From Candidatus Azambacteria bacterium (GTDB lineage Bacteria; Patescibacteriota; Minisyncoccia; GWC2-36-17; WO2-46-25), in contig JACRAK010000019.1 in assembly GCA_016234725.1 (NCBI GenBank), positions 5,801 through 69,800 of the forward strand: DNA of 64,000 nucleotides. The letters are read 5' to 3'. The notes beneath the pieces are model-generated. The model ran no database searches, was not told where the DNA came from, and saw nothing but the letters and a program-made list of their open reading frames with translations. The translations under genes and the position numbers were made by a program. Shown one piece after another: positions 9,316-16,857 of the stretch (the first letter of the stretch is position 1; each line of letters opens with the position of its first letter).

Positions 9316-11937
9316 ATGCAATTCAACAAATTTACTACCAAAGCGCAGGAGGCTATCTTTAAAGCGCAGGAGATCGCGGGGGCGCATGCGCAATTTCAGG
9401 TGGATACGGTGCATCTGCTCGATGCGCTTATTCGGCAGGAGGATTCCGCGGTGCTCACGGTGCTTTACAAGCTCGGGGTGAATGTGGAGCTGCTCAAAGG
9501 GCAGGTGGATCGCGCGGTGGAAACGGGCGAAAAAAGCCAGGTGAATATCCCGTTCGGGCAGGTATATGTCACGGCGGAATTGGCTAAGGTGTTTGAAAAA
9601 TCGGTGCAGATCGCATCGGTCATGAAAGACGACTATATTTCCACCGAACATCTTTTCTTGTCGCTTCTTGAGATCGATTCGCGCGCGAAAACAGCGCTCA
9701 CCGGTTTTCATATCACGTCGGATGCGGTGCTCAAAACGCTGGCATCGGTGCGCGGCGCGCAGCGGGTGACCGATCCGGAACCGGAAGGCAAATATCAGGT
9801 GCTTGAAAAGTATGCGAAGAATCTTACGCAATTCGCGCGGGGAAAAAAGCTCGATCCGGTGATCGGCAGGGATGACGAGATACGGCGCATCATGCAGGTG
9901 CTTTCGCGCCGCACGAAGAACAACCCCGTACTCATCGGTGAGCCGGGAACCGGCAAGACCGCGATCGTGGAGGGGCTCGCCCAGCGCATCGTGAATGAAG
10001 ACGTTCCCGAGTCGCTCAAAGGCAAGGAGGTCATTTCGCTTGATCTCGGTTCGCTTGTCGCGGGCACGAAGTATCGCGGCGAATTCGAAGACCGGCTCAA
10101 AGCGGTGCTCAAAGAGATCACGCGCAATGCGGGGAAAATAATCCTTTTTATCGATGAACTGCATATGCTGGTGGGCGCGGGTGCGGCCGAGGGCGCGATC
10201 GACGCGGCGAATCTGTTAAAACCCGCGCTTGCGCGCGGCGAATTGCGCGCGGTCGGCGCGACCACGTTAAAGGAATATCAAAAGCACATCGAAAAAGATC
10301 AGGCGCTTGAGCGGCGCTTTCAGCCCATTGTGGTAAGCGAGCCGTCGGTGGAAGATACCATTGCGATCCTGCGCGGCATTAAGGAAAAATATGAAATGCA
10401 CCACGGCGTGCGCATCATGGACCCTGCGATCGTGGCGGCCGCGACCTTGTCGAGCCGGTACATTTCAGACAGGTTCCTCCCGGATAAAGCGGTGGACCTT
10501 ATCGACGAGGCGGCATCCGCTTTGCGCATGGAGATCGATTCAATGCCGCAAGACCTCGATCAGGCGAAGCGCGAAATGATGAAGCTTGAGATCGAACAGG
10601 AGGCATTGAAAAAGGAAACCGACCCCGTGTCAAAAGACCGGCTTAAGAACATCAAGCGCGCGCTTGCCGAATTGAAGGAAAAGACGAGCGACCTTGAGCT
10701 CCAGTGGAAAACGGAGCGAGATATCATTGCCGGAATTCGTGAATTCAAAAAAGAAGCGGATGCCTTGCGCCAACAAGCGGAAATAAAAGAGCGCGCCGCC
10801 GACCTGCAAAAGGTAGCGGAAATTCGATACGGAAAAATTCCCGACATAGAAAAAAAAATCGCGGCCCAAGAGACAAAGTTGAAACAAATGCAGAAATCGC
10901 GGCGTATTCTCAAAGAGGAGGTCTCTGAAGAAGATATTGCGAATGTGGTATCGAAATGGACGGGCATCCCGGTCTCAAAAATGCTCGCAGAAGAAGCGAA
11001 GCGCCTGCTTGATATGGAACAGGAACTGAAACGGCGCGTCGTGGGGCAAAGCGAAGCGATCACTGCGGTCGCGCATGCGATCCGCCGTTCGCGGGCGGGT
11101 ATTTCCGACAGGCGCAAACCGATCGGTACGTTCATGTTCCTTGGTCCCACGGGCGTGGGAAAAACCGAGCTTGCAAAAGCGATCGCGGAGTTTATGTTCC
11201 AGTCGGAAGGCGCGATGATACGGCTTGATATGTCCGAGTATATGGAGCGGCATTCCGCCGCGAAAATGATCGGGTCTCCGCCGGGGTATGTGGGGTATGA
11301 GGAAGGCGGCCAGCTTACGGAAATGGTGCGCCGCCGCCCGTATAGCGTGGTGCTGTTCGATGAGATAGAAAAAGCGCATCCCGAAACGTTCCATATGCTC
11401 CTGCAGATATTGGACGAGGGAACGCTGACCGACGCAAAAGGAAGGAAGGTGAATTTCAAAAACACGATCATCGTCATGACCTCCAATGTCGGTTCCGAGC
11501 TGATCGCGGAAGCGGGCACGCTCGGATTCACGGGTGAGAAAGGCGCGCGCGGGCTGACGTATGAGGAAATTTCAGACAGGGTGAAATCATCGCTCAAAGA
11601 GCATTTCCGCCCCGAGTTCCTGAATCGGCTCGATGAGATCGTGGTTTTTCACCAGCTTACGAAGGAGGATCTCATGGATATCGTGGATATCAATCTTGCA
11701 CGGGTTGCGGAAAATCTTGCCGAGCGGCAGATCAAAATAAAAGTAGGCAAAAAAGCGAAAGAGTTTTTGGTTGATGCGTGCAAGGACGTTCACTTTGGCG
11801 CGCGGCCTCTTCAGCGTCTTGTTGCGCAGTATGTGCTTGATCCTATTTCAGAAAAGATCCTCAAAGGAGAAATTATCGACGGCTCGTCTGTGCTCGTTGA
11901 CGCCAAGGATGGTACAATGGTGATAGAGGCGAAATAG
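9316..11937 (+). CDS. clpB: ATP-dependent chaperone ClpB
   Basis: [12 protein letters not shown] start, two AAA+ modules ([16 protein letters not shown]), long coiled-coil middle domain, CIRCE upstream. Confidence 0.97.
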   Translation: MQFNKFTTKAQEAIFKAQEIAGAHAQFQVDTVHLLDALIRQEDSAVLTVLYKLGVNVELLKGQVDRAVETGEKSQVNIPFGQVYVTAELAKVFEKSVQIASVMKDDYISTEHLFLSLLEIDSRAKTALTGFHITSDAVLKTLASVRGAQRVTDPEPEGKYQVLEKYAKNLTQFARGKKLDPVIGRDDEIRRIMQVLSRRTKNNPVLIGEPGTGKTAIVEGLAQRIVNEDVPESLKGKEVISLDLGSLVAGTKYRGEFEDRLKAVLKEITRNAGKIILFIDELHMLVGAGAAEGAIDAANLLKPALARGELRAVGATTLKEYQKHIEKDQALERRFQPIVVSEPSVEDTIAILRGIKEKYEMHHGVRIMDPAIVAAATLSSRYISDRFLPDKAVDLIDEAASALRMEIDSMPQDLDQAKREMMKLEIEQEALKKETDPVSKDRLKNIKRALAELKEKTSDLELQWKTERDIIAGIREFKKEADALRQQAEIKERAADLQKVAEIRYGKIPDIEKKIAAQETKLKQMQKSRRILKEEVSEEDIANVVSKWTGIPVSKMLAEEAKRLLDMEQELKRRVVGQSEAITAVAHAIRRSRAGISDRRKPIGTFMFLGPTGVGKTELAKAIAEFMFQSEGAMIRLDMSEYMERHSAAKMIGSPPGYVGYEEGGQLTEMVRRRPYSVVLFDEIEKAHPETFHMLLQILDEGTLTDAKGRKVNFKNTIIVMTSNVGSELIAEAGTLGFTGEKGARGLTYEEISDRVKSSLKEHFRPEFLNRLDEIVVFHQLTKEDLMDIVDINLARVAENLAERQIKIKVGKKAKEFLVDACKDVHFGARPLQRLVAQYVLDPISEKILKGEIIDGSSVLVDAKDGTMVIEAK

Positions 11938-12812
11938 TGATCAAATGTTTTTGTGTTGCTCTTGCTTATGATCTTTTCTTGCCCCGTCTTTTATTTATAA
12001 ATATCAGGAAGACGGGATTGCGATTTGTGTCTGCGCACAATGCGCAGACAAATCGGGAATATCTTAATCCGCCAGTTGGTGGACATCCTTTCATTTCCGT
12101 TATGCTTATAGTTTTCTTTTCCTTTCTTTTCTGGCTCGTTGCAGAGCTTCGCATAACAGCGTTAAGCGAGAGTGTTTTTCCGCTCGTGATTTTGACATTG
12201 TTTGCATTTTCCGCAATGTGGTATCTTTCCGGGCGGTTCAATGTGTCCGTGCTCGCAGGCGTATACGGCGGTATTTCCGCGGCGCTTTTTTCGCTTGTCC
12301 CGAGCGGACTACCCGCGCACATCATCGCGGTGTGCGCTGCCGCAGGATGGTATGCGTTCATGCATGCCGTGGCTGAGCGCCGTCCTCGCGGCGCAGTGCT
12401 CGTTTCTTTTGTCGAGGTGTTTGTTCTTTATTTTGCGGTGCTCGCGTGGCACGCGTTTTCCCATATTTCCTTATTCCTTGCGCTTACCATGATAGCGCTT
12501 GGCACAGCGCTGATCTTTTTCAATTCGGTCACGGTCATGTGCGAGCTTGGCATGTGGCTGCGCGTGCGGTTGTTCATGTTTTCGCTTGGCGTCGGCGTGA
12601 TGATTGCCGAGCTGTTCGCGGTGCTCAGCAAGCTTCCGTTTCATATCGCGAACATCGACTTCCTCCTCTTTTTTGTCTATTATATAGTGTGGGACGTGAC
12701 CGTGCGGTATTTTTCCATCCGCTTTACCAAGCGCGCGCTTGCGGTCAATGTGCTGTTGCTTTTTTTGGGGTTTGGCACAGTGCTCGCTTCTGTGCGATGG
12801 CTCCCTGTTTGA
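11937..12812 (+). CDS. Polytopic membrane hypothetical protein; true start is uncertain and may be ATG 12102
   Basis: Multiple hydrophobic helices; the first ~50 codons contain repeat fragments; the stop codon lies inside element A. Confidence 0.7.
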   Translation: MIKCFCVALAYDLFLPRLLFINIRKTGLRFVSAHNAQTNREYLNPPVGGHPFISVMLIVFFSFLFWLVAELRITALSESVFPLVILTLFAFSAMWYLSGRFNVSVLAGVYGGISAALFSLVPSGLPAHIIAVCAAAGWYAFMHAVAERRPRGAVLVSFVEVFVLYFAVLAWHAFSHISLFLALTMIALGTALIFFNSVTVMCELGMWLRVRLFMFSLGVGVMIAELFAVLSKLPFHIANIDFLLFFVYYIVWDVTVRYFSIRFTKRALAVNVLLLFLGFGTVLASVRWLPV

Positions 12813-12872
12813 CCAAGAGCAAAGCGATTGGCGACAAACAGCAGTCCAGCGAGGCGATAGCCGAGTCGCGGC
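12803..12872 (+). repeat. Dispersed element A (plus-strand copy)
   Basis: ccctgtttgaccaag...caaacagcagtccagcgaggcgatagccgagtcgcggc; related copies at 8971-9171 (inverted) and 15589-15621 (partial, in a CDS). Confidence 0.85.
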
Positions 12873-12909
12873 TTCCATAATCCTCGTGAACAACGCCATA
12901 TTTTTACGT

Positions 12910-13013
12910 CGCCATCGTCTCCATTTCTTCTTTTATCTTAACGGAAGCGCAGCCCTTCATTATATTTATAAAAAGGGCGTGAGAGGATTAAAGAAGAAAT
13001 GGAGACGATGGCG
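12910..13013. repeat. Long hairpin with 24-bp perfect inverted arms
   Basis: cgccatcgtctccatttcttcttt (12910-12933) and aaagaagaaatggagacgatggcg (12990-13013). Confidence 0.85.
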
Positions 13014-13037
13014 GCCATGCCAAATGGAAGGTAAATA

Positions 13038-13775
13038 ATGAAAAAAATAATTTTCTTTTTGTTTGTCTTTGTAGCAGCGAGTATGAGCGGGCTCGTGTCC
13101 GTATTATTCATTGCGCCGAAGCTTGCGGGAATCGCGCCATTTTCCAAAATGGCTTTTTTTAACGAGGGGCGCGATCAAACGGTTATCGTGAATAAGACGG
13201 AGCAGGTGGTGGTGGAACGAAACACCGCGTTTAAAAAAGCATATGAAAAAAACATTCCTGCGCTCGTGGCGGTCAAATTGATAAATAGCAGCGGCATTAC
13301 GCAAAGCATCGGCGCCGGTTTTATCGTGAGCGCGGACGGGCTGATACTTACGCGCCGCGAGTGGGTTGGCACGGGCCAGAAAACTACGATGATGGTAGTG
13401 CGCGGGAGTGAAGAAACGAAGGCGGAGATCGTAAGGGTCTCCGAAGAGAGCGGGCTTGCGTTGCTGAAAGTTAATGCGTCCGGTCTGCCGGTCGTGTCAT
13501 TTGCAAAAGATGTTGCAGGTCAATTGGGTGTTGAAGCGTTTCTTATCGGCACGAAACGCGGGAGTGCCGGTCAGATATCTTTTGTAAATACCGGTACGGT
13601 GAAAAGCGTGGACGGCAAAATGGTGGAAACGAATATCTACGAAGATTTCCGCATTGCGACTGGTACGCCGCTCGTGAACATCGAAGGGGATGTTATCGGC
13701 ATCAATTCCGTGAACTCTTCGGGGTATGTGTTTGCCATCGCTTCAGATGAGATCTCTCGTTTCTTGAGCATGTAG
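13038..13775 (+). CDS. HtrA-like trypsin-fold protein lacking the catalytic triad, membrane anchored
   Basis: GAGFIVSADGLILT followed by RREW instead of NxHV; GLALLKV instead of DxAxL; IATGTPLVN instead of GNSGGPL. Confidence 0.8.
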   Translation: MKKIIFFLFVFVAASMSGLVSVLFIAPKLAGIAPFSKMAFFNEGRDQTVIVNKTEQVVVERNTAFKKAYEKNIPALVAVKLINSSGITQSIGAGFIVSADGLILTRREWVGTGQKTTMMVVRGSEETKAEIVRVSEESGLALLKVNASGLPVVSFAKDVAGQLGVEAFLIGTKRGSAGQISFVNTGTVKSVDGKMVETNIYEDFRIATGTPLVNIEGDVIGINSVNSSGYVFAIASDEISRFLSM

Positions 13776-13796
13776 TTTTGTTAATGTCCTAGGTAC

Positions 13797-14097
13797 GCAC
13801 TTTTGGCGGTTTTGATCTCCCAAAGAAAACCGCGCGCAGGGCGAGCGAGCATGGTGCCGTTTCCTGTGTTTCATTCTTTAACCCGCTCGAGCATTCCAGC
13901 GATGCTCTCGCTTATGCTCGCCGCGTGATGGTGCGGTGGGCTACGCCATTATACCGCACCCTCCAAGCTCCACGCGGCTCCGCAGGTTAGCGAACAAAAC
14001 ACAGGAAACGGCGAGCGAGTCCGAGGTCGAGCGGCGCGTTCTCGCGGGGAACGCGAACGCGTGTTTTCTTTGGGAGATCAAAACCGCCATATGTGCG
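13797..14097. repeat. ~300-nt nested inverted-repeat element (MITE-like or structured RNA)
   Basis: 26-bp perfect arms at 13805-13830 and 14063-14088; inner arms gccgtttcctgtgttt / aaacacaggaaacggc; further inner stems. Confidence 0.8.
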
Positions 14098-14151
14098 CGC
14101 ATTATAGTAAGCACTTTCCGAGAGAAAATATTTCTGCCATAATAAAGACAT

Positions 14152-15018
14152 ATGATAAAAAAAGTCATCATTCCAGTCGCGGGGTTAGGCACGCGATTCC
14201 TTCCTGCCACAAAAGCACAGCCGAAAGAAATGCTGCCGATAGTGGACAAGCCCATCATTCAGTATCTGGTAGAGGAGGCGGTTGCCGCAGGGATCACCGA
14301 AGTGATCTTTGTGACGGGAAGAGGCAAGCGGGCGATCGAGGATCATTTCGATTATGCGTATGAGCTTGAGCAGGTATTGGCGCATCGGGGGAAAAAGGAA
14401 CTCATTCGAGCGATACGGGAAATTTCCAACCTTGCTTCTTTTGTATATGTGCGCCAAAAGGAACCGAAAGGGGACGGCGACGCATTGCTTGCCGCGGCGC
14501 ATATCGTGGGTGATGAGCCGTGCGCGGTGTTGTTTGGCGATGATATTGTCGACAGCAAAGTGCCGTGCTTGAAACAGATGATGGGAACGTTTGAAAAATA
14601 TAATGATCCGGTCGTAGCGCTTGAGGAAGTGAAGCAAGAGGAAACGTCGTTATACGGAATTGTGGGTACGACGAAAGTAGGCGAGCGCGTACATGAAATC
14701 AAGCACATCGTGGAAAAGCCGGCGCAAGGGAAAGCGCCATCTCGGCTCGCCATAGTAGGGAAATATATCATCACTAAAGATATCTTTCGCGAGCTTGAAA
14801 AGCTGAACCCAAAGAGTGGGGAGATCCGTCTTGCAGACGCGTTGAAGAATCATCTGACGCACGGCGCGGTGTACGGCTATCAATTCAAAGGTACGCGATA
14901 CGACTGCGGTTCAAAGATCGGCTTCTTAAAAGCGGTTGTTGACTTCGGTCTCAAGCACGAAGAGACCAAGCGCGAGTTCAAGCATTATCTCAATAAAAGA
15001 ATGCATCCGAACGGATAA
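14152..15018 (+). CDS. galU: UTP--glucose-1-phosphate uridylyltransferase
   Basis: PVAGLGTRFLPATKAQPKEMLPIVDKP, VRQKEPKGDG, VEKP, RYDCGSKIG. Confidence 0.97.
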   Translation: MIKKVIIPVAGLGTRFLPATKAQPKEMLPIVDKPIIQYLVEEAVAAGITEVIFVTGRGKRAIEDHFDYAYELEQVLAHRGKKELIRAIREISNLASFVYVRQKEPKGDGDALLAAAHIVGDEPCAVLFGDDIVDSKVPCLKQMMGTFEKYNDPVVALEEVKQEETSLYGIVGTTKVGERVHEIKHIVEKPAQGKAPSRLAIVGKYIITKDIFRELEKLNPKSGEIRLADALKNHLTHGAVYGYQFKGTRYDCGSKIGFLKAVVDFGLKHEETKREFKHYLNKRMHPNG

Positions 15019-15097
15019 CGGAAATAGTCAAAACGTCGAGCCCTCGCTCGACTTTTTTGTTCTAGGTAAACCGTCATGTGTGTGTCATTTCCCAATG

Positions 15098-15126
15098 TTG
15101 ACTTTTCCTTTCCCTATCCATATACT
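15098..15126 (+). promoter_or_regulatory. Sigma70-type promoter of the HTH gene (near-leaderless)
   Basis: TTGACT-17 nt-TATACT with the ATG 7 nt later; the spacer contains TTCCCTATC. Confidence 0.7.
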
Positions 15127-15133
15127 CCTGCAT

Positions 15134-15916
15134 ATGGATAATTTTGTTATTGCATCACTTAATGTTGGCGGGCATACGGAAGCGATGGACTTCGAGAAAA
15201 CCGACCAGTGGCATAAGCTCCTCGAGCTCACCTATGCGGCGTGGCGGGTGGCGGATATTGCCATCGAAAACGAGTTTCTCAAAAGCAAGGTAAAGCAAAC
15301 CGCAGCGGAGATCCTGGTGGAATATCCGAACGCGCTTGGTAATAGAATGAAAATGGAAGAGTTGTCTTCCCGCATCCGGTCCCAACGCGCACTTCTTTCG
15401 CTTGCGCAAAAGACAAGCAATTCACGCGAGCTCAATTTTACGATCTTAAAAAACGAATATCACAAAATTGGTACAGTGGTTACCCAGCTTATGCCTCCTG
15501 TGGCTACAGAACAGCACCATTATGGTGTTCCAAAAAAAGGAGCTCCCGTTTTGTCTGAATCCGCCGGCTGGCGGAGAAGTTACAAAACGCAGTCCAGCGA
15601 GGCCATAGGCCGAGTCGCGGCGGAGTCGCAAAAACAGCAAGAAAAGGTGGTTGATAATATGGTGGAAGTGCGCAGCGCAGAACGCCCGGAAACACATCGT
15701 GCTGAGCGCTCCGAGGTACTCACCGAACGCCAGAAAAAGATATTCCAGTTTTTCAGCAAAAGAAAGGGGGAAAAAATACGCTTAAAAGAGATCGCCCAGG
15801 TATTCCCGGATCTGACCGACAGGACGGTGCGCAATGATCTTCGAGACCTGTGTACGAAGAAACTCATAGTGCGATCGGATGGGCATGGGCAAGCAAGTTT
15901 CTACAAGTTGGTATAA
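15134..15916 (+). CDS. Putative DNA-binding protein: helical N-terminal domain plus C-terminal winged HTH (DeoR-like)
   Basis: LTERQKKIF...IRLKEIAQVFPDLTDRTVRNDLRDL...LIVRSDG...FYKL; the linker carries repeat-derived sequence. Confidence 0.8.
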   Translation: MDNFVIASLNVGGHTEAMDFEKTDQWHKLLELTYAAWRVADIAIENEFLKSKVKQTAAEILVEYPNALGNRMKMEELSSRIRSQRALLSLAQKTSNSRELNFTILKNEYHKIGTVVTQLMPPVATEQHHYGVPKKGAPVLSESAGWRRSYKTQSSEAIGRVAAESQKQQEKVVDNMVEVRSAERPETHRAERSEVLTERQKKIFQFFSKRKGEKIRLKEIAQVFPDLTDRTVRNDLRDLCTKKLIVRSDGHGQASFYKLV

Positions 15917-15922
15917 AAAAAT

Positions 15923-16003
15923 AATAAGGAAGATAGGGAAGTTCCCTATGATAATAAGGAAATACCTTTTTTGAATAAGGAATTTCCTTTTTTATTCCCT
16001 ATC
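15923..16003. promoter_or_regulatory. Cluster of six TTCCYTAT motifs in both orientations (candidate operator array)
   Basis: aataaggaa three times, gatagggaa once, ttccctat twice; the same motif lies in the promoter at 15110-15118. Confidence 0.5.
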
Positions 16004-16010
16004 ATTTCAT

Positions 16011-16088
16011 GTTTTCCCCCTGCGGGGGATCTCCCGAAGAGAGACGGGTTCCATGTTTCATGATTCAAGTTCCATGATTCAGGTTCCC
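16011..16088. repeat. 35-bp double-hairpin element embedded in a heptamer array
   Basis: Second copy of 7023-7057 followed by gttccat gtttcat gattcaa gttccat gattcag gttccc. Confidence 0.85.
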
Positions 16089-16257
16089 GGTTTTATGTTT
16101 CAGGGTCGTGTTTCCAGTTATCCACAATTGGTGATGTTGCGGTATTCCTGTGGGCACATGATTCCTGTATACTGGTAAGTAATGGCACAAATACTTTGTT
16201 TATTGATACGCTTTTAAGTCGGTTGTTTTAGCTATAGGTTTTGTGCGTTTGGAACGG

Positions 16258-16286
16258 TTGACCTTTATTTGTCTGTACTTTATAAT
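16258..16286 (+). promoter_or_regulatory. Near-consensus sigma70 promoter, probably for the S-layer-like gene
   Basis: TTGACC-17 nt-TATAAT. Confidence 0.7.
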
Positions 16287-16543
16287 GGGGGAAAGTGAAT
16301 AGGGTGGTGCGAAGGCGCCATCCGTTCGTATTGGTTTGATGTCAGCTCTTATGCCGGCATCGCGTGGCGTGTGCCACGCGAGCCATGCTTGCATGAGAGG
16401 TGCCTTCAAATGAGACGATGGAAAAGCGATTGAAAAGGAAGAAACGCAAGATCATTGAAAAGTGAATAGGAAGAAAGGCAGAGTAACTTCCCTTTAAGTT
16501 TGTATATGATCTCGAAGAGAAAAGTCGGGTCGGTGTTATGCAT

Positions 16544-16584
16544 CCTGAGCCTGTCCTGAGTTTATCGAAGGGCATGTCGAAGGG
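16544..16584. repeat. REP-like cctgagc...gtcgaaggg element, apparently self-nested
   Basis: cctgagcc[tgtcctgagtttatcgaagggca]tgtcgaaggg; related to 45588-45630. Confidence 0.7.
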
Positions 16585-16675
16585 TTGCACAATAGAACTT
16601 GATTCTAATTTAAGATCATTCGGTCACGATGGTTATGGCTTGAACGAGAGCAGTCATTATTAATTTTTAAGTAAC

Positions 16676-16801
16676 ATAGGACTTACGCAGTTGGATGCAG
16701 TTCGAGGCGCAAGCGAGAAGCGACTGAGCCATACGCAGTAGTATGGTGATGGAGCTTCAAAGCGAAGCAACGAAGAAATGCACCGACTGCGTAAGTCCTA
16801 T
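16676..16801 (+). repeat. ~125-nt hairpin element of the GAGGCGC/AACGAAG family
   Basis: Terminal arms ataggacttacgcagt / actgcgtaagtcctat; internal gaggcgc (16704-16710), ccatac-N6-gtatgg, aacgaag (16769-16775). Confidence 0.8.
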
Positions 16802-16857
16802 AACAAAGCAGATTTCACTCACCGGAATGGTGGGCGGGTCTGCGTAAGCAAAGCATT

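Noticed and set aside
7976-11597. Long antisense ORFs (e.g. 7976-8920, 9292-10164, 10560-11597)
   Set aside because: Shadows of well-supported + strand genes with no recognisable motifs
13797-14097. RNase P RNA, tmRNA or SRP RNA
   Set aside because: Hallmark motifs (GAGGAAAGUCC, tRNA-like ends with tag ORF, SRP domain IV loop) were not found on either strand
14936-15133. Extended 5' end of the HTH ORF overlapping galU
   Set aside because: It spans the galU end and a clear promoter; ATG 15134 (or 15185) fits better
15917-16260. Replication origin (AT-rich repeats plus DnaA box TTATCCACA at 16118-16126; another TGTGGATAA at 56971-56979)
   Set aside because: Single perfect boxes only, no dnaA/dnaN nearby, and gene orientation does not switch; GC skew could not be computed
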